The notes beneath the pieces were generated by a model. It was not told the origin of the DNA. It saw only the letters and a list, made by a program, of their open reading frames with translations, and searched no databases. The position numbers and the translations under genes are program-made. Positions 1 to 9,930 of a DNA stretch of 64,000 nt are shown one piece after another. The stretch is from assembly GCA_030615025.1 (NCBI GenBank), contig JAUXAB010000013.1, positions 3,655-67,654 on the forward strand, in the 5' to 3' direction. This stretch comes from Phycisphaerae bacterium (lineage in GTDB: Bacteria; Planctomycetota; Phycisphaerae; Sedimentisphaerales; Anaerobacaceae). Every line of letters starts with the position of its first letter. The stretch's first letter is position 1.

Positions 1-26
1 AATGTCCGTATTTCAGGGAGGTTATT

Positions 27-3000
27 TTGCCTTTACGCAAAGGGCTCACAGAAAAGAATACCATTGAGATGCTAAAGACATTAAATGCCAGACCAGAAAT
101 AGAGGGTGCTTTTCCAATCTTTGTTTTTGCTCGTAGTGAAATAATCTCGACGGACGAATTCATTGTTAAGTTTGGCCCGAACGTCTCGAAAGCAGAAATT
201 GATGCTTTTAATGTGTTAAACGGAGTCGAAATTGAAGATAAAATAGAAGGGATAGAGCTTTATATACTAAGAGTAAAAGACCCCAAAAATATGAATACGT
301 TAAAAATGGCAAATCTGTATGATGAAAACCCCATTACTATATTTAGTGTTTTTAACTATATTGTAAGGACTAAAGACATGCCGAGTAGTGTAACTCCTGA
401 TGATAAATACTTCGAAGAAGATGAGCAGTGGCCACTGCATAATACGGGACAGGACCCGCCGGCAGGTAGTTATGATGCCGATATAGATGCACCTGAAGGA
501 TGGAGTATAAGTACCGGCAGTTCAGATATAATAATTGCTGTTTTAGATACGGGAGTGGATTTAGCTCATGAAGATTTGGTTAACAAATTGGTGCAGGGTT
601 ACAATGCTTATGACGACAATGATGATCCAAGACCCGGCGCTCACTGGGCAAATGGCCATGGGACGGCATGTGCCGGCCTGGCCGCCGCTGAAACAGATAA
701 TGGAATTGGAATCGCTGGCGTTTCCTGGGATTGCAGGCTGATGCCGATTAAAGTTGCTTATGTGGACGATAACGGTACGCTTAATTTCCCATTTATGAGT
801 TTTGTAAGAGGTATTAATTGGGCGGCTGGTCACGGAGCAGATGTGTTAAGCTGCAGCGTGGCAGAACTTGGGATTAATCCTAACCCCGTGGTTCAGTATG
901 CCATTAGAGACGCGAAAAATAATGGCAGAGAAGGGAAAGGATGCGTATTAGTAATCGCCGCCCACAATTATAATTGCCCTCTTATATTTCCATCAGCATA
1001 CCCAGAGGTAATAGCGGTTGGAGCAACTGACCATGACGATGTGAGATGGAACATCTGTCCTTGTAGCTTCCCTAAGATTAACGGTTGCGGAAGTAACTTT
1101 GGGCCTGAATTGGATGTTGTAGCACCCAGTGGCTGGCCGGGCCAAGGGGTAATCATGTGGACTACGGATATCAGTGGAGGCGGCGGATATAATCCTGGCG
1201 ATCTGAATCAAGGTGATGAGGATGGGCATTATTTGAAATGGATGAGCGGCACTTCTGCTGCTACACCGGAAGTAGCAGGACTTGCGGGTCTGATTCTTTC
1301 CGTCAATCCTGGCCTTACATCTAATGAAGTTCAATTCATTATCCAGTATACGGCCGATGATCAGATAGGCGATCCTTCAGAGGATACAGAAGGCTGGGAC
1401 CAGTATTATGGCTGGGGAAGAATCAATACTGACAATGCGCTTGAGGCGGTTGAATTACAGCCTGGTGCCTGGTGTGTTGCCAGGTGGAAGTTTAACGAAG
1501 GTGAAGGAACAATAGCATACGATTCGGCCAGCGGCTATGATGGGACTCTTATTGGGGACCCACAGTGGGTAAGCGGGGAGATTGGAGGCAACGCACTTGA
1601 CTTTGATGGTGCCGGGGATGGCGTAGATTCGTATGGAAGTTACGGGTTTGGTTCTCCCCTGAACATCTATAACAGCGATCTAACAATTTCAGCTTGGGTC
1701 AAAGTCAGATCTGGCGGTACAATCGTGGCCAGAGCAAAGCCATCCTATATTACCTATAGGTTAGGAGTTGCAGGAGGAAAAGCCTATATCAATACTTATA
1801 AGAGTGGATCTGGACACTGGATTTTGTATGGCGATGAAATACTCGACCTGAACACTTGGTACCATATAGTCGGCGTCTTTGATAGGGCCGGAGATAAAGG
1901 GTACGTGTATATTGATGGAATTCAAAGGGCTGATGGGACAATGACAATTGACCCTTATTCAAATGACGCCACGACGAAAATAGGGTGTAGAAATAGCGTT
2001 TCTGATTCGCCTTTCAATGGAGTAATCGACGATGTTCGCATCTACGACAAAGCCTTATCTGCTGAGAAAATAGAGCAGCTTTATCAGAATCAGAATGGGC
2101 TTGTAGGCTGGTGGAAGTTTGACGATGGTTCTGATGGTCCTAGTCAGACTGCCTCCGATTCAAGCGGCTACGGGAAGCATGGGCAGTTGGGTTCCACGCC
2201 GGATCCCGATGAGAACGACCCGGCCTGGGTGGATGATCTGGATCGCGGGTGGTGCCTTGATTTTGATGGAAGCGATTATGTTTCTCTTCCTCCAATCGGT
2301 GCTTTAGTAACAGATAACGTAACTATATCCGCATGGATAAAAGCAGATAACCTAACCGAAGTTTATTATCCTATTGTTTCAACATACGATAATGATGGGT
2401 CGGATGATTACGGCTACTTCCTTTATGTAAAGAAGAATCCTTCTTCTGAATACAAACCGAGATTTTACATTGCTACTGGAACGGGCATACCAGTAGAGTC
2501 AGATGTTTCAATTGATACTCTTGGCTGGTTTCACATTGCCGGAACATATGATGGTTATAATTTGAGAGTCTATGTCGATGGTGAACTAAAAAACGAACCT
2601 GCAAGCGGCTATACTGGTTATTATGAGAATTACGATACCACTTATATTGGTTATGAGGATGATATTCCCGGCACAGGTGCTGTTTTTTTCGACGGTAAAA
2701 TCGACGATGTCCGGGTATACAACAACGCACTAAGTAAATTTGAGATCTGGGATGCGATGTCCGGTGATTCATCCAGGTTCCGCATAAAAAATAGTTCGGA
2801 CGAGACGGTCGCCTGGTTTGACAATTATGGTAACATCTTCTTAAAGGGAACATTAACATCAGGCGGAACGTGCGACAACTATCCTTCGGGGTCATTTATA
2901 ATAGCTACTTCTACTGACGTGGCAGTAGCTTATATCGATAATGAAGGAAATATGTGTATCGAAGGAAGGTGGTTGGAACCACCCTATTACCCAATAGGAG

Positions 3001-3104
3001 ATGTTTTTATGATTATAGGTTCATCTGCTCCTGTGAGCCATATTGATTCTGAGGGAAACTTATGGTACGCAGGGAAATTATGTCAGCATAATCCAAATCC
3101 GTAA
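27..3104 (+). CDS. Subtilisin-like (S8) serine peptidase with I9-like propeptide and two LamG/concanavalin-like domains
   Basis: Catalytic triad motifs DTGVDLAHEDL, HGTACAGLAAA and SGTSAATPEVAGLAG. Two LamG_3-type domain ends (IDDVRIYDKALS, IDDVRVYNNALS). TTG start at 27 is preceded by AGGGAGG (15-21), but the frame stays open back to position 3, so the gene may begin upstream of the window. Confidence 0.85.
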   Translation: MPLRKGLTEKNTIEMLKTLNARPEIEGAFPIFVFARSEIISTDEFIVKFGPNVSKAEIDAFNVLNGVEIEDKIEGIELYILRVKDPKNMNTLKMANLYDENPITIFSVFNYIVRTKDMPSSVTPDDKYFEEDEQWPLHNTGQDPPAGSYDADIDAPEGWSISTGSSDIIIAVLDTGVDLAHEDLVNKLVQGYNAYDDNDDPRPGAHWANGHGTACAGLAAAETDNGIGIAGVSWDCRLMPIKVAYVDDNGTLNFPFMSFVRGINWAAGHGADVLSCSVAELGINPNPVVQYAIRDAKNNGREGKGCVLVIAAHNYNCPLIFPSAYPEVIAVGATDHDDVRWNICPCSFPKINGCGSNFGPELDVVAPSGWPGQGVIMWTTDISGGGGYNPGDLNQGDEDGHYLKWMSGTSAATPEVAGLAGLILSVNPGLTSNEVQFIIQYTADDQIGDPSEDTEGWDQYYGWGRINTDNALEAVELQPGAWCVARWKFNEGEGTIAYDSASGYDGTLIGDPQWVSGEIGGNALDFDGAGDGVDSYGSYGFGSPLNIYNSDLTISAWVKVRSGGTIVARAKPSYITYRLGVAGGKAYINTYKSGSGHWILYGDEILDLNTWYHIVGVFDRAGDKGYVYIDGIQRADGTMTIDPYSNDATTKIGCRNSVSDSPFNGVIDDVRIYDKALSAEKIEQLYQNQNGLVGWWKFDDGSDGPSQTASDSSGYGKHGQLGSTPDPDENDPAWVDDLDRGWCLDFDGSDYVSLPPIGALVTDNVTISAWIKADNLTEVYYPIVSTYDNDGSDDYGYFLYVKKNPSSEYKPRFYIATGTGIPVESDVSIDTLGWFHIAGTYDGYNLRVYVDGELKNEPASGYTGYYENYDTTYIGYEDDIPGTGAVFFDGKIDDVRVYNNALSKFEIWDAMSGDSSRFRIKNSSDETVAWFDNYGNIFLKGTLTSGGTCDNYPSGSFIIATSTDVAVAYIDNEGNMCIEGRWLEPPYYPIGDVFMIIGSSAPVSHIDSEGNLWYAGKLCQHNPNP

Positions 3105-3230
3105 ATAAAGACAGAGGACAGATTAAAAGTTAATGAGAATTCGTGGCTAAAAATAAATCCGTGTAAACTTGTGCCCGCACAGGTGGGTATCCGTGTTAAA
3201 AAAGGAAAAGAAAGGAAAAAGGTGGTTGAA

Positions 3231-3902
3231 ATGAAGAAGGTATTAAAAAGTAAATTGGTGACATGTATTTTGATCCTGGTTTTGGCTTCTACGATTTTTG
3301 TTTTTGCAGGGGATGTTACAGTCAAAGAGGGGAACTTGACCGTGGAGGCGAACTTGTATGTTGATGGAAACATAACCGGCCGGGGGGGTGATTACCCTGA
3401 CGCCTACATCAACTACTTATATGTTGACTACAATGCTTCGATTTATAGCAGTCTTAATGTTGGTTATTCCGTAAATTGCTACAAATTACATTGTCATGTG
3501 GTGGACCCGGCGGGTGTGTTATACGACCTGCAAACAAGGCAGGAAATAATAGACCTTATTAAGGTAACTATCTCTCCGGATAAACAGGGCGGAGCGCTGG
3601 TTTTCTTTAACAAAGACACAAAAAGTCTGGAAACGTACGTCCCCAATGAGGGCAAATTCTATGACTTACAAGGAAATCTGGCTTTCACTATGCCCTCGAT
3701 AGACGTAGCAACAGAATATAAGACGCACTATTATCTGGATCCCTTGGCAGGAGAAGTCAAGGCAAGACAGGAAGTAGCCGTTGACAAGTATATAGTCAAA
3801 AAAGGATTTAGATTGGATGAAAAAACAGGACATTTCATAAATATGGCTACCGGCGAGGTAGTCCCGATAGAAACGGCTGTCGAAATTAAACCTGGTTCAT
3901 GA
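3231..3902 (+). CDS. Hypothetical secreted or membrane-anchored protein
   Basis: ORF-track frame 3171..3902. The internal ATG at 3231 follows AGGTGG and gives MKKVLKSKLVTCILILVLASTIFVFAG, which looks like a signal peptide or anchor. No family recognised. Confidence 0.5.
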   Translation: MKKVLKSKLVTCILILVLASTIFVFAGDVTVKEGNLTVEANLYVDGNITGRGGDYPDAYINYLYVDYNASIYSSLNVGYSVNCYKLHCHVVDPAGVLYDLQTRQEIIDLIKVTISPDKQGGALVFFNKDTKSLETYVPNEGKFYDLQGNLAFTMPSIDVATEYKTHYYLDPLAGEVKARQEVAVDKYIVKKGFRLDEKTGHFINMATGEVVPIETAVEIKPGS

Positions 3903-4089
3903 ACTAAGATCGCCTCGCCAAGGACGAATTAGTCACGTGTGAGGATAAGGCCCGGAAATAAGATCACGTTCAGGGTGTAGCAGACGCCTGATGGGAATAA
4001 GCCAAAGGGCCTTGCCCCAAAGCTTGGATTTTCAAAGACAGACCCAGGAAAAGAAGTGAACAGAACAAGCATGGGAGGGCACTCAGACT

Positions 4090-6066
4090 GTGATAGAAGA
4101 AGCCAGGAACCACATGGAGGGGACGCGTCTTCAGGAAACATCTCCGCAAAAACGAATTCTGGCGAATTTAGTTATCATTGTTTGCATTTTGGTTTTCGCA
4201 GCCCATTTGCCGGCGCTCTCGACGCGGGCACTATTAATTGACGATGACCAATACCTCACTAAAAACGTATTGGTGCAAAATCCGAGTTGGAGTGCTGCCC
4301 GGCGGTTCCTTACCGAAGTTCTGGAACCCTCAACTGTTAAAGGGTACTATCAGCCGCTGACGATGATCTCGCTAATGGGCGATTACGCCCTGGGGGGACG
4401 GCCTTATAACCTGAAACCATTCCATCGTACCAGCCTTCTCTTGCACATGGCTAATACTGCGTTGGTTATCGTGCTTTTGTATCTATTATTTGGCCACGCC
4501 TGGATTGCCGCAGGAGTGGGCCTGCTTTTTGGTCTTCACCCTATGACCGTCGAATGTGTTGCGTGGATTAGCCAGCGTAAGACAGTGTTGTCGGCGTTTT
4601 TCGCGTTGTGGTCCTTGATTCTATATGTGTACTTTGCTCGCAGCAGAAGTTGGAAATTTTACGTTGGCTGCCTTTTAATGTACATCCTTGCCTTAATGTC
4701 TAAACCAACCGCCATACCTTTGCCGGTTCTGATGTTACTGCTGGACTATTGGCCGCTCAGACGCCTGAATCGTCAGGCTGTCAAAGAAAAGCTGCCTCTT
4801 ATTACGTTGGGAGTCATCTTCGCAATCCTAACATACATTTCGCAGAGTCGAACTTTCGGTGTTACATTACCAGGTCAGTACAATCTGAAGTATGCTCTCC
4901 TTGTCTTTTGCCACAATACAGCGTTCTATCTTTTCAAGATAATCTGGCCGATGAATCTGTCGCCATACTACGCATATACTAAACCTATGGGATTATCAGA
5001 TCCTGTGATTCTCGCAGGCATCTTCATCATCTGCATAATGGTTAATTTGATGATTCTTTCGTCACGCCGAACCAGGAGTGTCCTGACAGGCGGCCTGTTT
5101 TTTTGGGTGGCTCTGCTTCCCGCAATGGGCATCGTTCGATTCGCTCGAATGATTGCGGGCGATAGGTATGTCTATCTGCCTTCGATAGGATTACTGATGT
5201 TATTGGCGATGCTGCTTGGTTGGCTCTGGCGCATCGGCGGCAAAAAGAAGCTAACTGCGATGCGCGTGGCAGTTATAACTATTGTGTTGATGTTGGCTTC
5301 TGCTGAGGCGATTTCTACACGAAAACACCTGCAACACTGGCGCGATACAGCGACGCTTTACAGGCACATGCTGACTATTACCCCAGGCGTAGTATTATTG
5401 CATAATGACTTGGGTGTCGCGCTGGTTTCACAGGGTAAGCTCGATGAAGCAGCGGAGCAGTTCCGCAAGGTACTACAGATTGCGCCTCGTCATACTCGAG
5501 CACACGTCAACTTGGGTAATGTCCTCTTGGCAGATGAGAAGTTTGACGAAGCAATCAGCCACTACAACCAGGCACTTCAGGCTGACACAGACTATCCTGA
5601 AGCTCACTACCACCTGGCAGTTGTACAGATGAGAATAGATAAGCTTGATGAGGCATTAAAGCATTTTCGAGAAGCGATTCGACTAACCAAAAATCCCCCG
5701 TGGTACTTCTTGCACGGCCTGGCTTGGATATCGGCCGCACATCCCGACCCAGAGGTACGCGATGCCAATGAGGCAATTCAGCTTGCCAGGCGAGCTCAGT
5801 TATTGACCTTTACCGAGCGTGACGAAATGAGGGTACTTGATACGTTGGCGGCAGCGTACGCAGCGACGGGCCAGTTCGATCTTGCCGTTTCGACTGTGCA
5901 AGAAGCCCTCGCTTTAGTCTCCCCCGCCCATCATGATGAGATAAGCAAACAAATTCGCGAGCGACTGGAACTCTACAAACAAGGAAAACCATACAGGCTG
6001 GACCCAAGCAAGCGCAAGACACAACTTGGCCCTGATGTTGACAAGACAGGTGAAGAGCAAAAATGA
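4090..6066 (+). CDS. Polytopic membrane protein with C-terminal TPR repeats (TMTC/PMT-like GT-C glycosyltransferase candidate)
   Basis: About 420 aa of hydrophobic helices including HPMTVECVAWISQRKTVLSAFF, followed by TPR repeats (LGVALVSQGKLDEAAEQFRKVLQIAPRH...). GTG start at 4090; the ATG at 4114 is an alternative. Confidence 0.6.
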   Translation: MIEEARNHMEGTRLQETSPQKRILANLVIIVCILVFAAHLPALSTRALLIDDDQYLTKNVLVQNPSWSAARRFLTEVLEPSTVKGYYQPLTMISLMGDYALGGRPYNLKPFHRTSLLLHMANTALVIVLLYLLFGHAWIAAGVGLLFGLHPMTVECVAWISQRKTVLSAFFALWSLILYVYFARSRSWKFYVGCLLMYILALMSKPTAIPLPVLMLLLDYWPLRRLNRQAVKEKLPLITLGVIFAILTYISQSRTFGVTLPGQYNLKYALLVFCHNTAFYLFKIIWPMNLSPYYAYTKPMGLSDPVILAGIFIICIMVNLMILSSRRTRSVLTGGLFFWVALLPAMGIVRFARMIAGDRYVYLPSIGLLMLLAMLLGWLWRIGGKKKLTAMRVAVITIVLMLASAEAISTRKHLQHWRDTATLYRHMLTITPGVVLLHNDLGVALVSQGKLDEAAEQFRKVLQIAPRHTRAHVNLGNVLLADEKFDEAISHYNQALQADTDYPEAHYHLAVVQMRIDKLDEALKHFREAIRLTKNPPWYFLHGLAWISAAHPDPEVRDANEAIQLARRAQLLTFTERDEMRVLDTLAAAYAATGQFDLAVSTVQEALALVSPAHHDEISKQIRERLELYKQGKPYRLDPSKRKTQLGPDVDKTGEEQK

Positions 6067-6365
6067 TAATTTCAAAGAAGTGCCGTTACGAAATTTGATG
6101 TGCGAAAGTAAAATCATTGCATTCTGGGTGCTATTCACACCTGAAATCTTAATCCAAGCGGTGATACGCCCCCTCCAATGATCAGTTGGCAAACTCGGGA
6201 CAATAATGCTACCCGGAATGGCTGCGGGATATAAAAACCTTTGGGAGTGTCTCGTTCCCTGCCAAGCTGTAATATCCAGCATATGACACAAGCTTTCAGG
6301 CAAGACCCTTAGAAAAGAACGGACATTCCTGTAGCATGTGTTTAGAACAAGAAAAGGTTGAAATT

Positions 6366-6382
6366 TCGTAAGAAATGTGAAA
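6366..6382. repeat. Left arm of a 17-bp perfect inverted repeat (TCGTAAGAAATGTGAAA)
   Basis: The exact reverse complement occurs at 8537-8553. Together the arms bracket the AbiEi/AbiEii pair. Confidence 0.7.
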
Positions 6383-6777
6383 CCTTCCTATCCATGTCCC
6401 AAGGCGAGAATGCGCCTAAATGAAGTGATGTATGTCATTATCAGAATTCGACTTAGGCTTGAGATGCCTCGAAAATTGGGTGGACTACTGCTGGAATAGA
6501 TGGCATAGTGTTCGTCGAAGAGTTTGTGAGTGAGCAGTGGATACTGAGTTATTTACGACATGTTATTCACTTGTTAACGACTTGTAAGCTTAATTTCTGA
6601 GCCAAAATCGAGTTATAAGTCTTCTTTTTCGTGGGACTTATAGCCAGACGGGGGGGGTGTCTTTTTGCGGGATAATCCCCCTTGAAATTCTCTGGCTAAG
6701 ACCCTAAATTTTGGCGAACAATGTGAAAAATGACGACATATATTGCATTACGTTAGCGTTTATGATAATGTACTGCA

Positions 6778-7413
6778 ATGAAATGGGAAAATCTATTACT
6801 GAAGGTGGCGGATGAACCGGTCTTTCGTACTGGCTTCCTAGCTGCGAACGGAGGAGGCTTAGGAGAGTTACGTCTGCAACTGAGTCGCTGGGTTAAAGCT
6901 GGCAAGCTTACCCAGCTTACAAAAGGGCTGTATACTTTGGCTGAGCCCTATAGAAAAGTAACACCGCATCCTTTTGTTCTCGCGAATGCTATTAAGAAGG
7001 CTTCTTACGTCAGCTTACAGTCCGCACTGGGGTACTACGGGATGATCCCCGAGCATGTACCTACGGTAACAAGCGTTACCACACAAAGACCTGAAAGGGT
7101 GGAAACCCTGTTAGGCCAATTTGCATTTCGGCACATTAAAAAGAGCTGGTTTCACAGTTATCAGCAAATCGATTTTGGTTCAGGTCAAAGGGCATTTATC
7201 GCCACCCCTGAAAAAGCCCTATTGGATCTGGTATACTTGACGCCTGGTGCCGACAATTATGATTTCTTAACCGAGCTTAGACTTCAGGGTCCCGAACAGC
7301 TTGATCTTGATGCAATTCTAGAACTGGCAGACAAGAGCAAGAGCACAAAACTGCGGCGGGCTGCTGAACTCATCACAAAATTAGCCAACCAGGAGGCAGG
7401 AGAGGAATTATGA
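6778..7413 (+). CDS. AbiEi-family antitoxin (type IV TA system) candidate
   Basis: N-terminal wHTH-like segment (LSRWVKAGKLTQLTKGLYTL). The motif SYVSLQSALGYYGMIPE and the ending PEKALLDLVYL are typical of AbiEi. The stop overlaps the downstream start (ATGA at 7410-7413). Confidence 0.7.
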   Translation: MKWENLLLKVADEPVFRTGFLAANGGGLGELRLQLSRWVKAGKLTQLTKGLYTLAEPYRKVTPHPFVLANAIKKASYVSLQSALGYYGMIPEHVPTVTSVTTQRPERVETLLGQFAFRHIKKSWFHSYQQIDFGSGQRAFIATPEKALLDLVYLTPGADNYDFLTELRLQGPEQLDLDAILELADKSKSTKLRRAAELITKLANQEAGEEL

Positions 7414-8216
7414 AAGAGTTTCTTAGGCAGATTCTAAATGGCGTTGGCAATCAGCTCCTAGCACGCTGTGTCATGAGAGAATATCTACAGGCCCAATTGC
7501 TTCAATCGTTGCAGGACCGTGGGGTCTTCAATACGTGGGTATTTCAAGGCGGAACCGCATTACGGTTTCTCTATTCGATGCCGCGCTTCTCCGAAGATCT
7601 GGATTTTGCCTTAGTTGAGCCGGGAATGGAAGATGATTTCCGGGAGAATCTGGCGAATGCCAAGAAGGTTTTCCAAGCAGAAAATTACGATGTCAATATT
7701 CGCGTTAATGACACAAGAACCGTCAAATCAGCCTTTGTACGTTTCAGAGGTTTGCTATTTGAGTTCGGTCTTTCTGCTCATGAATCTGAGACTCTTTCTA
7801 TCAAGGTGGAGGTAGATACGAACCCACCTTTAGGGGCAAACATTAGTTCAACCGTGGTTCGGCGACATGTCACCCTAAATATAAGACATCATGATAAAGC
7901 ATCTTTACTTGCTGGCAAGCTACATGCGGTCTTGTCACGTCGGTATGCCAAAGGCCGGGACATTTACGATCTTATCTGGTATCTATCAGACCGGACTTGG
8001 CCTGGACCGAATATCGAGCTACTAAATAATGCCTTGAAACAGACAGGCCGGAAGGGACCGGAGCTTACTGTGACGAATTGGCAACAACTTATCTGCCAGC
8101 GAGTTGAAACGTTTCACTGGAAACGGATCGTCGATGATGTAAGACCTTTCCTGGAGCGGCCCGAAGATATTAAGTTAATAACAAAGGAAAACCTTTTAAC
8201 ATTATTGCGACAGTAA
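7410..8216 (+). CDS. AbiEii/AbiGii-family nucleotidyltransferase toxin (DUF1814)
   Basis: Hallmark motif FQGGTALRFLYSMPRFSEDLDFAL. The size and the 4-nt overlap with the upstream AbiEi-like gene also fit. Confidence 0.8.
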   Translation: MKEFLRQILNGVGNQLLARCVMREYLQAQLLQSLQDRGVFNTWVFQGGTALRFLYSMPRFSEDLDFALVEPGMEDDFRENLANAKKVFQAENYDVNIRVNDTRTVKSAFVRFRGLLFEFGLSAHESETLSIKVEVDTNPPLGANISSTVVRRHVTLNIRHHDKASLLAGKLHAVLSRRYAKGRDIYDLIWYLSDRTWPGPNIELLNNALKQTGRKGPELTVTNWQQLICQRVETFHWKRIVDDVRPFLERPEDIKLITKENLLTLLRQ

Positions 8217-8536
8217 CGATTGCCATGAAGTTGGATAGGAGGACAAGATGTCCGTTCAACCCCGACTGGGCTGAGTTAAAGGCCAGCTTATAGAATATCA
8301 TGGTAATGTGTATTACTTAAGACCTCCTGCCCATTACGCAGGCACTCTTAATCATACAAGTTGTATAAAAGCGGTAGTAAAGGTCTTACTTTCAAATGTG
8401 TGCGTCGACTTCAGATTCATATCCAAAAGCTTAAAGATGTAATATCGAAGACCAACGGGGAATAAAACCGTTAGTTGCGCTGACCTTAATCCTGATCTTC
8501 CTGCCTCGAAGTGCCGTTATTCAAGACTCCTAATTT

Positions 8537-8553
8537 TTTCACATTTCTTACGA
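8537..8553. repeat. Right arm of the 17-bp inverted repeat (TTTCACATTTCTTACGA)
   Basis: Exact reverse complement of 6366-6382. Confidence 0.7.
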
Positions 8554-8575
8554 GAAGCGAACGCTTTTCACTTCC

Positions 8576-9238
8576 TCAAATCGTGGTTGCTCGCTTGCAA
8601 AGTGCCCAGCTAACGCCACATGCGAATTGAGCCATGCGGGCACACAATGGTTTGTGCCGTTTAATGCCCGGAAACAACTACACGGCAGGCCGCTTTATCT
8701 TCCAGTAAGAGCGCAGTTCACCAAGCAAGCATTTCGATAAAAGTGTATAGCGGTCTTTCTTTCCCTTACCCTGGTCCACCCGGATCATCATGCGGTCGCT
8801 GTGGATGTCGGTTACCTTCATGTGCACCAATTCATTAACTCGAAGGCCTCCACTGTAGGCGGTCATCAATAGGACCCGATGTTTTGGATTGCGCGGGGCA
8901 GCAAATACACGCTCCAGCTGCTCAGGGCCGAGGATCTCTGGAAGGCGGGTTTCTCTTTTGATTTGTGGGATTGTGACACTTGCTCCATTCTGTTCGAGCG
9001 TCACAACGTAGAAGAAACGAAGTGCAGTGATTATGGCGTGGCAGGTACCCACAGCCAGCTTATGCTCGCTCAACAGGTGCACAATGTAATCCTGGATTTC
9101 TTCTGTGCTGATTCTATCTGGCGACCGGTGGTAATACTCTGCCAAACCAGCTACTGCCCTGAGATATCCTCGTTGTGTTGCGGGTGAAAAGTTCCGCAAC
9201 TCCATATCTCTGATCATCCGTTTTCGTAGCTCTGACAT
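8576..9238 (-). pseudogene. Tyrosine recombinase/integrase, nonsense-mutated and 3'-truncated
   Basis: SAM-like N-terminal domain (MIRDMELRNFSPATQRGYLRAV...) and the first catalytic Arg region (GGLRVNELVHMKVTDI). The frame stops at TAG 8678-8680, exactly where integrases read W in WLFPG, and the next in-frame codons read LFPGIKRHKPL. The HxxR and Tyr catalytic motifs are absent downstream. Confidence 0.7.
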
Positions 9239-9930
9239 AATACGTCCTTTCTGTTTGATACTGCAAACTTAGACACTCCCTGTGAATGTCCTGTCAGAGA
9301 AATCTTAACAGATAATCGAGAAATGCCGAAAGCGTAGAAGGGCTAAGCGATATGAGAAATGAAGTTAAGGAAAAGAACGCCTATACCACCGCGAAGCGGT
9401 TTAGTTCTTGGTGTGAGCTGTGAACCTTTTAGCTTGCTCTTGCGGAAGTTAACTTCAAAAACCATATCCAGACATGTTTAACAGCTTAGAGCTTTGTCCA
9501 GCTTACGATCTATCTGCGACAGATACCGATCAATGGACTTACTGTCTGTTGCTCGCGCTAAAAATGTGCTTGGCCGATTGAAAATGCTGTGATACAAGTC
9601 CACTTGCATAAACCGCAGGTAATCAACACAAATTGAAGAAACTAGAAAAACAGAACAATAGGCAATGGATTTGGGCTTTTATTATGGGCGAGAAAATGGT
9701 ATAATTTTGACCGCTTCAAGGCATTGATGTGCTGCGTTTAAGCAGCGATAGTTTATGAAATTAGGAACCTATAGGTGAAAAAATTACCTGTCAGTTTGGT
9801 TTTCATATCGGGGGTGTTTTTGCACAGCTGCGACTGCACCACTAAATATCAGTGCGGGCATTTCAAAAAACCCAACCTAAGAATAGCGCAAGTTTGTCAG
9901 GATGATAACTTTTCCGCAGAGGGGTGAATT

